Shown piece after piece: positions 1-12,191 of a stretch of DNA of 64,000 bases. Origin of the DNA: Sphaerodactylus townsendi. Lineage: Eukaryota. The DNA lies in contig NC_059435.1 of the NCBI RefSeq assembly GCF_021028975.2, positions 41,912,001 to 41,976,000 on the forward strand. The letters are read 5' to 3'. The notes beneath the pieces are model-generated. The model was not told the origin of the DNA. It did no database searches and saw only the letters and a list, made by a program, of their open reading frames with translations. The position numbers and the translations under genes are program-made. Each line of letters opens with the position of its first letter. Position 1 is the first letter of the stretch.

Positions 1-607
1 CAGGTTAGGTTTCCCACATGCCAGTCTAATCACTCACCATAGTGGCTTAAAATTATATATATAGGACTGTTGCACAACAACTTCTCACTGAAGAGCTATC
101 GAGAGGTATGGCTGTAAGGCTATTTTCCCCTTCAAAAAGTCAAACTAATTGTACTATTTTTTTGCAACGCAAAAATGTTTGTTTTAGTTGTGGTGTGCTC
201 TGGTACACCACACACATATGGGAGATAGCTTGAAATCTGGAAAATGGTAGAGGAAAAAAGAACTCAATTCCTCCTGTAACTCTGTTTCCAAAGGTCTAGA
301 ATAGAGATTCAGCTTGCCTAAGGAGGTTTCCAAATAGCCTGGAGCCCCTGCACTTTTGCCACATGGAAGCAATGCTGCCTACTGGGTTGGACCAACTCTG
401 CATTCTCTTGTTAAACGTTTGTAAGCAATAATGATAATCCTAGCAGAGATATCATTTAGACTATTTATCAAAGTAACATGCCTTTAACTAAGCACAGGAA
501 AGGCCTTCAACAAAAGACTAATCATTACACCAGCAACAAGTGAAACCAGCCCACTCATTCTTGCTTAAAAGGAGCAATAAGATACAAAATCCTCCTTTCC
601 ACCATAC

Positions 608-761
608 CTCCAGTTCACAGTTCAGCTTATCAACCGTTGATTTAAGATTCTGATTCTCTTCTTTCAGCCTTAGATTCTCCTCTATAATCTTTTGCTCTTG
701 TTTGATTTTTGCCAGGCTAATGTTCGATGTTTTGTTCAGATCACAAGCCATCATTTTTTCC
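608..761 (-). CDS. STK31: STK31 (TDRD8) coding exon, coiled-coil region; last exon recognised in the window, gene continues past the left edge
   Basis: Acceptor cag|G at 761 and donor GAG|gtatgg at 608. Encodes EKMMACDLNKTSNISLAKIKQEQKIIEENLRLKEENQNLKSTVDKLNCELE, in phase with the 1918-2243 exon (AA+G = Lys). Confidence 0.85.
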
Positions 762-1917
762 CTGTTGAATAACAGACAAATGTCATCATTGGATTTCAGA
801 AGCCTGCTTTATAATTGCCTGTCCAAGGTCTCTAACAAACCATGGCCTTATTATGCATGCAATGCTTATCCCTTGGCTCTCTTCTACACAGTGGGGTTTC
901 TCCATGATTTTCTGTCCTCACCAGATTACCCTGCTGCAAAGTGTCCCAAGCCAAGTTGAGCTGATCCACCATTCTGCCCTCTTACCACTTCCTTGTTTCC
1001 TCATAACCCCTTTTTGGTGCCTTGTTCATCTAGCAATATTTAATTGGATTTATATATTGTAGTCCTTTGCTCCAGTGATAGATCTTTGCCATTAAAACTT
1101 TTAAAAGCCCTGCTGATCACTCAGCAGTCAAACCCTCACACCTCCCCATGCATTAGGCCAGTAGGAGAAATGGGGGGGGGGGGGCAGGGTGAAATGGTGC
1201 CATGCAATGCACTGATGTGGAAATCCATACGAAATATCCATACGAAAAATCCATACGAAATATCAGCCAACGTGCTGGAAACTCTACTGCAATACTATTT
1301 TGTTTGTAGAACACTGGTTGCCGCATCAACACTAGGGTGTCAAGCAGCGGCCTGACATCTCTAGACCAACTTCACTAACCTTTAAGATACAAGAGGTATA
1401 AGCATTCATGCAGTTGACTGGACTAAGGCTATAGAGAATAAGTGTATTACCACTTCCTTCACTTCAGTCTATGGCCTGGACCGGGGGGGTGGGGTGGGAG
1501 TGGGTTTTGAAACTGAGTTCCAACTGTCCTTTGTGGCATAAACAGGTAAAGCACAAAGCATAAATCTGTGGGGAACTACATACACTATTCATTATCTCTA
1601 CACTTGATGAGATAAGCCATCAACATGAGGTAGATTAAGCCTTAAAAGGAGGAAGTAGTTATTGTTAGAAGGGACTAAACAACATTACTTTCTCTGACCC
1701 TGGGAACACCAAAAGCTTTGCTTTTAAATCAGTTTAAGGGGTGTCCATGAAAACATTAATCAAGCCCCACTGGATATACAAAAGGCATTCTTCTTTGCCA
1801 GCTACAACCAGTCCCCAGACATTAGTGATCAAAAAGGGCTTGAGCCCCAAATGCCTTCATAAGCATATATTACATAAAATGGCCTGGAAATGTTTTCAGT
1901 TTCTCAGAATGGCTTAC

Positions 1918-2243
1918 TTGATAAACGGTACATGATTTGCAGTATTATTCTCATTGCAACTGTTCAGAGGCATATCACCAGTTCCCCCTTTAACTCTACT
2001 GCTTGCTGGAGGGGTAGCTCTGTTTGACCTCAGTGAAGGTGTTGTTTTTGCATTCCTCAACTGAGATGTATTGCTGCTTATAGGACACCTGGATCTTTCA
2101 GCAAATCCTTTCTTAACCATTTCTTCCCCAATATTTAGTACACCATATTCTGCCAGGGCAAGAACGGTACCATCATCACATACGTCTTTCCACCTTATTT
2201 TCACTTCTTTTTCAAAAATCAAGCTATTCAGGAACTTCTTCCC
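1918..2243 (-). CDS. STK31: STK31 coding exon (C-terminal SN-like part of the extended Tudor domain plus linker)
   Basis: tttcag|GGG AAG AAG ... ATC AA|gtaagc. GKKFLNSLIFEKEVKIRWKDVCDDGTVLALAEYGVLNIGEEMVKKGFAERSR resembles recalled mammalian STK31 (FLGSLIFEKEIKMRIKATSEDGTVIAQAEYG). Confidence 0.93.
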
Positions 2244-3216
2244 CTGAAAAACAAGTTTTTTAAAGCATCATAGCTTACACGGTAGATCTCTGCCACAGGT
2301 TCTCACACACAACATGTTTGCAATCATGGTATATAAAGACAAACATTTCTGTGCATCTATCAGGCCAAACAGATGATCTCCTGATTTTAGGGTTTGTTTG
2401 TTTTTAATCAAACTTTAGATCTTAACACTTCTGAGAAGCTTCAAGTGTTTGAGGTAATGCCCAATGAAGTCTCCAAACCCGGAGCTGAGGCTGAGAGAGG
2501 CTTACAATGGTCAAGATTGAGGCTTCCATCAATTTGTATGACTTTTGGCCAAATTAGATGTGACAGTGTCTCCAAGAATGCCGTCGTTTCTGCTGTCATT
2601 TCAAAGTAGTGAATTCCCACTGAAATCCTCTCCACAGCACCATATGCCCCTGATTTTGAGAAGGACCTCTGCAGAGAAGTTCCACTCTTCCTCCTGTGTG
2701 GTTTTGCTGATCCCCACCAGAATTGGGTCTGTGCAGCATTGCTGAAAAAAAGTTTCCTAATGGGAACTCACAGCTACATAATGGTGTTGCTTCCCCAGGG
2801 ACACCATCACATCCAGTTTGGTTGTTTGTTCCTAATATGTAGTTAACAGAAGCAACAACCAGTTATATGAAAAGCAAAATAAGTCATTTAATGGAATTCT
2901 GATAAAGAGCACATCTTGGATCTCTCTGTTCAGGTTCTGGGCATTTCATTTGTATTGATTCATCATCCTTGTTGGCAATACAAACACTCCGCTGAATGAC
3001 ATATCAAAATGATACAGGAACGATTTACACATAACTTCTAAAATGTAGGGTGAAAATAAATATCAGCGTTATAACATTTCTAAAAGGACACCAAAATTCC
3101 ACACTATATTTCGCTACTATAAAGCATAAGAAATTAAGTTATTTTGCTCCCTGCTTTTAAAGTGGCTTGACCACTAAATAGTTTATAGGCACATAGAAAA
3201 CAAACGACAAGCTCAC

Positions 3217-3375
3217 CTGGTCAAACTGATTCAAATCTTGATTAACTGAAATCTGTAATCCCCACAATCTGTATTTTTTGGCCACACTAGGAAACTGCAA
3301 GTTCGCAGGTATTTCTACTATTTGTGACCGGTTAAGAGTCTCGTAGTTCCCATAATCGATATATAATACCTGACA
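3217..3375 (-). CDS. STK31: STK31 coding exon (Tudor core)
   Basis: tatag|TGT ... GAC CAG|gtgagc, 159 nt. Encodes CQVLYIDYGNYETLNRSQIVEIPANLQFPSVAKKYRLWGLQISVNQDLNQFDQ, including the Tudor YIDYGN motif. Confidence 0.93.
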
Positions 3376-4145
3376 CTATAGCAATTAAAAAGAAAAGTTT
3401 ATTACTTGTGGAAGATACATATTATTAATTGCACACAGGTATAATATTAATTGCACACAGGTATAATCCAATTCAGAGACCCTCAGTGTGGTGCCTTAGG
3501 AACTATGGAATTTGCCGAAATCTTTCCTAGTGTTTGCCAAGTGGTTTTAGAAAGTGGGCTTTTGGGGGGGATTTTGCTCAACAAGGGTTCTGATTTGTCA
3601 CTGGCAATTTGATTGCCTGAGATTTCTTTTAAACCTTGCTTTGGCAGCAGCTCCCACCACAATACAATGATCTTCACTGAGCAACTAAAGGTAACTGCAG
3701 CAGCCATTTTCTGGCAGCCCTTTCTGGCTGTGCCCACCATGCTATGTCAGAATTCCAAGGGTGCCCATAGACTCAGAAAGGCTGTGGATCCCTGATCTAA
3801 ATGGATAACTGAATCTGATTCTGAGGCCAACACCACCAAAGATGTTATGTATTTCTAAGTAAACTGCACATTAAAGAGGAAGCAACTCTGCTCAAATTAG
3901 TCCATTAAAAATAAAAGGAAAAAAACCTTTCATTTTAGCAGTCTGAAAACTATCACTTGAAATCAACGTTCATTTTAATCAGTGGAGAACCAATGCAAGA
4001 CATAATCAAAGATCATTAGTGTGAATTACATCATTTAGGGCTTGAATACAAGACCTCCACAACTTTTCAGCAGTACTTTAATCTACTTATGAAGTAGTAT
4101 CATATCAACATCATAAAAAATGGCGAGTCAGAAATTCTTCCTTAC

Positions 4146-4220
4146 CTTTTCATGATTGATAACCTGTAGCACTTTACATCTGTACCAGCATTTATCTTCA
4201 GAAAAGCACCCACCATAAAC
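4146..4220 (-). CDS. STK31: STK31 coding exon (Tudor core)
   Basis: ctgcag|GTT ... GAA AAG|gtaag, 75 nt. Encodes VYGGCFSEDKCWYRCKVLQVINHEK (Tudor FSED..WYR motif). Confidence 0.93.
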
Positions 4221-4977
4221 CTGCAGTTCAAACCAAAATCAGGCATTAGCGTAACTGCACATAAACCTGCAGTTCAAACCAAAATCAGGCATTAGCGTAA
4301 CTGCACTTATGTGCAGCATAACTGCACATAATTAACGTAACTGCACTCCGTCACAGTCTCTATCCCCCTTCCTCTCAGAGTTATTTCTTTTTTCCTTGTA
4401 TCCCTGAAAGGAAAATGGCTCCAGACATACTTTTAAAATAAAAGCTGGGAATTCAGAGTATATGCTTAAACTATCACTGTGACATCAGTGTTATATTGCT
4501 GTTATTGGACCTTTAAAAAAAAAATAATGGGGTACTGTGACACCACCTTTCCTTGAAAATCCTCATTATTTAACCCACATACAGAAGAAAATAAACTGAC
4601 TCCACAACACTAAAAATGTACAGGGGGGTAGAAGTGTAGAAGAACCCTGCCCAAACTGATTCCAATGCACGTGGATTAACTCTCCAGAAAATCAGGAGTA
4701 ACTCAAGCACACTAAAAAAGCCTTACAGCCCAATTCAGATTGGTGGGGGGGGGGGGGGAGGCTGAAGTGACTCCTGAGTCCGTGCCAGCAGATTTGTCCT
4801 TCCCGGGGCATTTACCCTGGCAGAGGGGCAAATATGCCAACAAGTGGTTGCCACAGCCCTCTAAGACACTCGGACACAGAACTGGATTGGGCTGCCCATC
4901 TGCTTAGGGGTGGAGTTTCAAACAGTGTCTACAGACCTTTTTATATTTAGTTAGATGAAGAAATCATAAGAACCTAC

Positions 4978-5076
4978 CTTGGAAAGATCAGGATTACCAA
5001 AAACTGAGTTGGCTTGAGGACAAATTTCAGTTAGAGCACAGGTGATGTCCAACATGTCGCGATGTCTATTCATGTT
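4978..5076 (-). CDS. STK31: STK31 coding exon
   Basis: ttcag|AAC ... TCC AAG|gtagg, 99 nt. Encodes NMNRHRDMLDITCALTEICPQANSVFGNPDLSK. Confidence 0.9.
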
Positions 5077-5317
5077 CTGAATAGCATAAATTGAAATGAA
5101 GGCATATCTTTCACATGAAAAGCAGCTACATTTATTACTTTAAAAAGAATACTGCCAAAAATCAAGCTCTGTAAATTTAATTTATATATAGCATTGAACT
5201 CACATCTAATAATTAAGAATCCTGTTAGAGATAGTACAGTCAATCTGTTTGGCAAGAATGACCTTGAATCCTCCCCCAATCAAATATCTCTCCTGCATCC
5301 CACAAGCCTGAATTTAC

Positions 5318-5370
5318 CTGGGCCCAAAATGTTACTGCATCTTCCACAAAGCAGCCAATTACATTTTCAA
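5318..5370 (-). CDS. STK31: STK31 coding exon
   Basis: ccacag|TT GAA ... GCC CAG|gtaaat, 53 nt. Encodes VENVIGCFVEDAVTFWAQ. Confidence 0.9.
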
Positions 5371-5445
5371 CTGTGGAGGAAAGGAATTCACGTCAAATTG
5401 AGCTTTCAGGAATGAGAAAAACAGGTGTAATCATCATATGTATAC

Positions 5446-5484
5446 CTTTATCACATAGTGAATCCTCCTCCATGTTGACAGAGT
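5446..5484 (-). CDS. STK31: STK31 exon containing a candidate start codon (ATG at 5473); the ORF could also begin in an upstream exon
   Basis: tttcag|AC TCT GTC AAC ATG GAG GAG GAT TCA CTA TGT GAT AAA G|gtatac. SVNMEEDSLCDK resembles recalled mammalian VQMDEDTHYDK, and the phase matches the next exon. Confidence 0.8.
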
Positions 5485-6035
5485 CTGAAATATGGAAACC
5501 ATTCACAGTTAGATGAGTCACTCAGACTAAACACAAAAGATGTAATATTCTTCTACTCTCTTTGGAGTAGACCAAGGGAAAAGAAGCATTATAATTACCT
5601 GTTAGAACAATAACCTTTTGTTGTCAATAATAAAACTTCAGCATGATTTAACCTTCTTAAAATTGAGTGTCTGCATATAGAATACTGATGAGATTAAAAA
5701 AAACATCAGTTTTAATTCTCCAACAACCTCCAGGACCTATTTGCAAATTTGCCAACTCTGACAATGAATAAGGAATCAGTAACATCAGCTTCCACAATCC
5801 AGAAAAGAAATTACAAGATGTTAAGGTATATGCTTGTGAACAAATGTCAAGCTACATATGGTTAACAGAGACAGACTGGTTTCTATAGATGCTAGCAACA
5901 TGTATATCTAGGTGAAAAAGATGCATTTAGCAGCAAAATCAGAACTGTATAAAGTTTTTTCACAAGTTTGCTAAAAATACTGGCATCTGGTACTAATTTT
6001 CAATTTTCTTGTAAACAGCAACAGCTTTTACCCTA

Positions 6036-7037
6036 TCTATATATATAAAAAGCTAACAGTGTTTTTGTTGATGATAGTATAACTCAGTAACTGCTGGGCC
6101 AATTCCTCTGAAAATTCCCAGCCACTATAGTCAGCCAGGTGAGAGTGTTTTTAGATGTTCACATACCTGAAATTTCACACCTGGCCCAGGTAAAATGCCT
6201 TTTTCCGGGCGCTCTATGGTGAAGGACATGCAGCTGCCTGTGTGTAACTGTCACCCTTAGAATGTTCATGCTGCTTAAAATGTTCACTCAGATGGCCAGA
6301 GATGAGCAGTGAAAACAGTACATAGGCAGTAACTTGAGTGGAAGTGAAACACATACACACAAGGGAGAGGGAAGGGAGGGAGAGGGAGGGAGGGGTGGCA
6401 TGCAAGGGAAGAGAGGGAGGGAGAGGAAAGGGATGGAGGTGGAGGAATGCAAGGGAAGAGAAGTGAGAGAGGAGAGACAGTGAGGGGTGGCATGCAAGGG
6501 AGGGGAGGCAGGGGCCCCAGCATCTTGATATAACCCACCCACCCTAGCGGAGGAAAAGGGAAGGGAAGGAGGGGGAGGGGTGGCATGCAAGGGAAGAGAA
6601 GTGAGGGAGGGAAGAGAGTGAGGGGCAACATGCAAGGGACGGGAGGGAGGGGTCAGGCACCCTAGAATATTGTGGTTACAGTTAAGAAAACCAGGCACAC
6701 ATTACTCAGGAGTAAGCTCGGTACAGCAACTGTGACATACTTTGAATGGCTGCATTGCGCCCCTCAGAGGGTTTCCTCAGAAGCGACACCCATTGCCACC
6801 AACCAAACTTACTCCCAGGTAAAGGATCATGACCAGCAAGCCTAGATGTGTGGGAGGTGTGCCTTTCCATTCCCCCCCCCCAAGGAATGCAGGCACACAC
6901 ATCAATGACATTGCACAGTATCAGGCTGCGTGTTTGCATGAGCACATACCGCTGGCCTCTGCAATTGATTTGTTGCTACTGTTCCTTTCCCATTTCACCA
7001 CAATAAGTCACAGCAACGTGTGGCCGGGCCCCGCTAG
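6036..7037 (+). mobile_element. Non-autonomous Helitron (~1.0 kb) in an STK31 5' intron
   Basis: Inserted between A(6035) and T(7038). Starts TCTATATATATAAAA and ends CACAGCAACGTGTGGCCGGGCCCCGCTAG (subterminal hairpin plus CTAG). No TSD. Confidence 0.8.
6360..6652 (+). repeat. Purine/G-rich minisatellite inside the Helitron
   Basis: Repeated core GGGGTGGCATGCAAGGGA(A/G)GAG with GGGA runs. Confidence 0.85.
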
Positions 7038-8062
7038 TTTCTAATAAGAAATTACATTTATTGTATGATTCATTGCTCAACCAAAAGGTATGAGAACATT
7101 TTCTTTCCTCTTCTTTGTCTCAGCAATCTTGATAGTGACCAAGATCTGTTTACATATAAAACCAAGCAATCCAATCAAGACTGTAACACATTCTGGAGTC
7201 TAGGCTTTGGACGTAGAAGTTATCGCATCCTGTCCCAAATTGTTTTTTTCTCTCCCTTTATCCTCTTTTCCAGGGGGTACTAAATATATAGACTGCGGAA
7301 GTGTTCTACAAAACTTGAAGCTTGCAATCTATTTTGTGACATTTGGCTGGTCCTAGTAAAACTTATTACATAACTTGGGCCAACATCAGCACAATTTTTT
7401 TATATTAGTAAAAAGTCATATTACATCAGAATGTGAAATTTATATAGGAATATACAAGAAAAATCTCTGTGCAAGAGACAAGGTTACTGCACAATGATTC
7501 TTTACATGCACTTCCTGAAAAAATACACCTGTATTTTGCACTTTCCCTCCATAAGGTGTTTGTTTCACAAAAGAAAACTACTATATTAGAATTAGCACAA
7601 CAGCTGTGATGGATCAGACAGTCTATCCCATTACCCTATTTGCCTACAGAGAACAGCCAAATGCTTCCAAGAAGCCTACCAGGCTGGAACCAAGGCAACT
7701 GCACTCCCCAATTGTCCTAAATCTAGTATTCAATGTATGCTAATCAGATGGATTCATTTAACCATCATGGCCACTGATAGACCTTCCCTCCACAAAGTAA
7801 TGTAATCCCCTTTTAAAATGATCTAAACAAGTAGCTGCTGCCACCACATCTTATATCAGCAAATACCAGATACAAACTGCAGACTCAAATTTTAATCCCT
7901 ACTTTGTCTTGGAACCTTAACCTTAACCAAGAGCTTTCTCTCAGAATTCCTACTCTTTCTCTCAAATGTACCTCAGAAAGTTGCTGTGAGGTTAAACCAG
8001 AGAAAGGAAGATTTGCAAGCCACTTTGGGTCCCTACAGTGTGAAAAGGCAGAATATAAGTAT

Positions 8063-8155
8063 CTAACTAAATAAACACCACACTAAATATCTAACTAAAT
8101 AAACACCACTACAAATAAACACCACTTCAAATAAACACCACACAAATAAACACCA
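8063..8155 (+). repeat. Short tandem repeat of AAATAAACACCAC-like units
   Basis: About 5 degenerate copies of aaataaacacca. Confidence 0.8.
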
Positions 8156-9857
8156 GAGCCCTTCAGGGATGGGGCGGTATAGAAACTTAAGAAATAAAAT
8201 AAATGTTTTCCACTGCTCTTCAAAATGGGGACCCATAAAGATATACAACCTCACCCTTCTTTCATCTGTTTTATCCTCTAGGAAATTCTGGCAAAGTAAG
8301 TTAGGCTGAGAGTGAATAACCCACAAACTCTCAGTCCAGCTTCACTTGCAAGGTTGTGAGAGAACAGAAAAGAGGAAACAGTGTTCAAAGCTGCTTTATG
8401 GAATTATAAAAGGTATTATGTAAAGAGGAAAACTTCTCAATTAAAAATAAGTTGCTATTACAAGTAGAAAAAGAAACAGAACAAATTAAGTAAAATATGA
8501 TCAAATGGTCGCAAGATACAAGCATATTAATACTCAAGCAAGTTAATTAACTTATTGAATATTAATAATTTTAAAAAGATCTGTAATGAAACGTAACCAA
8601 ACTATAATAATTATTTAAGTAAATTAGAACTCTAGTAGGAAGTCAATCTCATTTTAAGAAATGTATGCAGGAAATGTTTTCTTTGTTTCTTTTTCTTATT
8701 GGTGGTTCTTTATTCTTATTTCTTTTTTTCTCAGGTTTGGTTTTCATTTGTTTGTGATGACTGTAGACTGATTGGAAAACTTAATAAAAAAATTTTTTTT
8801 AAGTTTATCATGGCTGACTTGGGAATGCCCTGGAGAGGGAATGCCCATCATAACAGACAGTTCCGGGTTACACAGACTAATCCTGTGCCCTCAGCATAAA
8901 ACAGGTTTTACAACTTTTTGAATATCAGTATTAATAGTTTCATGACTGAGAATGGCAAGCACCTAAAAGTCACAGCAACTGAAGTGCTGGGATTTTTTAG
9001 TCCCAAGGATCTATCTATATATCAGTGAGGGGAAAAAGTGCCTAAAACCACGCACAGTACATTTAGTTTTAAAAGAGTTATTGTCAATCAATATATTTAA
9101 TTCCCACCAGGGCCAAATGTGTGAATACTTTATCTGGAGACTGGGGCTGTAGAGAGAAAAAACGGATTTTTCTACAAACCTAAAAAAGACCAAGGTTTGC
9201 AAAAAAAATCTAAAATTAGATGATAGATAGAAGATGGTAGATAGATGGAAGGTAGAAGGTAGGTAGGTAGGCAGGCAGGCAGATAAAACACCCAAATCAA
9301 CCGAAGCAGAATCTTTAAGAAACAAATGCTCTCAGCCGTCCTCACAACAATCTGGCTGGCCTTTCAGTCTTTATTTGTCAGCAAAAGTAGGGAGACTAGC
9401 AAAACCCACTTTCAAACAATAGTGGAAGTGGGTTGAATGTACATTATTCTGCAGGTGTGGAAGGGACCCTCGTGAGATAGGTTAGGCTGATAAAGTTCTA
9501 AGAGAACTGTGACTAGCCCAAGGTCACACAGAAGGGAGAATTGGGGAACAAAGCCAGTTTTCCAAACTAGAGTCCGCTGCTCTTAACCACTACACCTCTC
9601 CAGCTGAGGGGGAAAATGAGGTAACCCACCCTAGTCCTTGCAGGTTCCCCTACCCTGCTTATTTTATTAAATGACTGGATAATCATTATATCTAGAGAGG
9701 GGCGAAATGTCCCAGAAGACAATGCTGTTTCTGCTATTAAATTAGTAAAAACACTTTGCAATAAAAGTGCTGATGAACTGCTGTAAGAAAAAGTACGTTA
9801 AAACAAACCCAGTTTTCACAGTAGCCAAAAGGGTTAGCCGCCTGATCCAAAGCTTAC

Positions 9858-11000
9858 CTCAACTAAAATATTAGATAGCCTTATAGAAGTCACTCTTAGG
9901 CCTGAACACTTCTCCCTAAAATATAAACTCGCTGAGACGCGAAACACTCAGAACAACGACGCGACTCAACTGCCTCGCCCACAAGCTAGCAAAGTCCCGG
10001 CCGCCTCCAACCTCTGAAAATTGAAATAAACACAAAAGGGGAGGCGGATGGGACTCGTCCGCGAAATTCAAACTGACAAAAGCCGTTTGAACAGTTTCAA
10101 GCCACACACCCTGCAAAAAGTGGCTGGGGACGGGGGAGCGTATTTCTTTACCTTCCCCACGTTCTTCTTTTACTCCCCAGTTTTGATAACCGGGATGCTC
10201 TGAAGCAACAAAAGAACTCCCAACTCCCCCCTGTCCTAAACGAAGAAAAACAGGGGTTTTCCCCACAAATATCGGGAAGATGGCCACACACCCCACTGGC
10301 TAAACACCCCAATCCCCACAGGCGGCCTCCTGAAAACCCAACATGTGCCACTCCGCCTCTATTTAAAGCGCGCGTGACCTGGCGCGGCTGAACGAGAAAG
10401 GAGGAGCCGGGCGCCTCTTGCGCAGACTCTCTGCCGCCTCCTTTCGCAAACCTTTGGGTGCTAATGTTCGTGTCCCCCCTTTCACCCGTGAAGTCCCTTC
10501 ACTGCTACCCGTGGTGGTTGTTTATGTAAGGGGGATAGTTCCCTTTTGGGGAAAAACGAGTTCATTTATAACGACTGCAGCTGTGCGGAATCCACTTAAG
10601 AGCTCAAGGGGTTGCAATACCGGGTACTGGAACAGGCCCTATTAAGTGCAGCATCTTTCAACTGCTAAATAGATCGGGCGGCTGTCTAAGTTAATAGTTC
10701 CTTGACACTCGGGCCGTCGGCGTTTTAGGTATCTATTATTTAACCCTCGCGTTGTTGTTTTAAATCCAGACACCCGGATGAGTACAGAACTAGCTCCACT
10801 GAAACCATATTAGGAGACAACTGAAACGGTTACCTTACCTAACTTTTTTCTCTGTCACCAACTGAGCATCACAAACCGAAGAAAGAAGGAGGGCCAAAAG
10901 CAGAAGTGACCGACTGGAACAAAGTCCTGCATGGGTGTTGAGGGACTGAAGACAGGACTGAAAGACGCGCGGCATGTTCCTCCGACTAGAGGGGGAATGG
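9858..11000 (-). promoter_or_regulatory. CpG-rich promoter / first-exon region of STK31
   Basis: Local CpG enrichment upstream of the STK31 exons. Candidate minus-strand donors GAG|gtaagc (9858), AAG|gtaaag (10152) and TAG|gtaagg (10839). The TSS cannot be placed from sequence. Confidence 0.6.
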
Positions 11001-11679
11001 AAAGAGTTTGTTGCCTACACTTAGGCAGGCTGCCCAAAGGTTTTCGACACCTGCTGAGTTTGTTAAGATTTGTAGCTCCCATTTTGTGAGCGTGTATTTA
11101 TGAGGACTTTCCACTGAATTCTGAAGGGACTCCTATAAATACAGGTTTGTTTTATTTTATTTCCGTGGCACTTTTCTACCCATCTCAGGATCCAGGTCCT
11201 CAAAGCAGCAAACGTTTCAAACGCTAAAAAGCATTTAAAATACAAATATGTGCAATATTTAAAACAATTCAATAACACTTGTGAACATAAGAAACACACA
11301 AACAGGGAGGTGGACTAATAAAAATTAATGAAGGTATGCCAAACAAGATTTAAAAGTCTTTGCCTGCTGGTGGATGACAAGTATAGGGAAATGATAAATT
11401 TCCGGGCAGTTGTAGCGTTTTGGTGCAGCAACCAAGAAGGCCCTTCCTCAAGTTGTAAATCTGTCTGATGGTGGGAGAACTTAAAAGTTGAGCTTGCAGG
11501 GATGACAAGTGTGGATGGGTAGGTTCATATGGGAGGAGATAGGCCTTCAGGTTCTTATCTTTACCCCGCAAGTGCCTTTGCTGCTGCCATTTATGTTTCC
11601 TCAGAACTTTAACTTGATTAAATGGGATTTATCCACAAGCAAATGTGTGTCAAGCATACACTTGCATTGAATTGAAAGG

Positions 11680-12050
11680 TCTGGATTCCATACCCTATGA
11701 GGAGCAGCTTAGGGAGCTAGGTATGTTTAAATATTTTAAGGGATGTCATGTTGAAGAGTGAGCAAGGTTGTTTTTTGCTGCTCCAGAGACTAGGACAAGG
11801 ATGTAAGGACTAGGACAAGGAGTAATGGATTTAAGGTACAGGAAAAAAGATTCCACCTAAACATTACAAAGAACTTCCTGACAGTAAGGGCTGTTCAACT
11901 GTGAAAAACAATGCCTTGGAGGGTGGAATACTCTCCTTCTTTTGAGATTTTTAAACAGAGTGCTTTGATTTGTCAGGGGTGCTTTGATTGTATCTTCCTG
12001 CATGGCAGGGGATTGGACTTGATGGCCCTTGCAATCTCTTTTAACTCTAT
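11680..12050 (+). mobile_element. CR1 LINE 3' fragment
   Basis: Degenerate ORF2 C-terminus (gagctaggtatgttt ... ttgttttttgctgctccagag ... agattccacctaaacatta ... aacttcctgacagtaagggctgttc) followed by the 3' end ggattggacttgatggccctt...aactctat. Confidence 0.8.
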
Positions 12051-12191
12051 GGCCCCTTCCGCACACGCAAAATAATGTGTTTTCAAACCACTTTCACAAC
12101 TGTTTGCAAGTGGATTTTGCCATTCCGCACAGCTTCAAAGAGCACTGAAAGCAGTTTGAAAGTACATTATTCTGCATGTGAGGAATGAGCC
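12051..12191. mobile_element. PIF/Harbinger-like MITE (family A, ~140 bp)
   Basis: TIR GGCCCCTTCCGCAC..CA.AATAATG. Same family as 18934, 19210, 24763 and 24963. Confidence 0.75.

Noticed and set aside
184-372. 62-aa ORF as the next STK31 exon
   Set aside because: No convincing similarity to the expected STK31 continuation and no clear flanking splice sites.
6214-6698. Pro/Leu/Ser-rich ORFs of up to 136 aa
   Set aside because: Translations of the minisatellite inside the Helitron.
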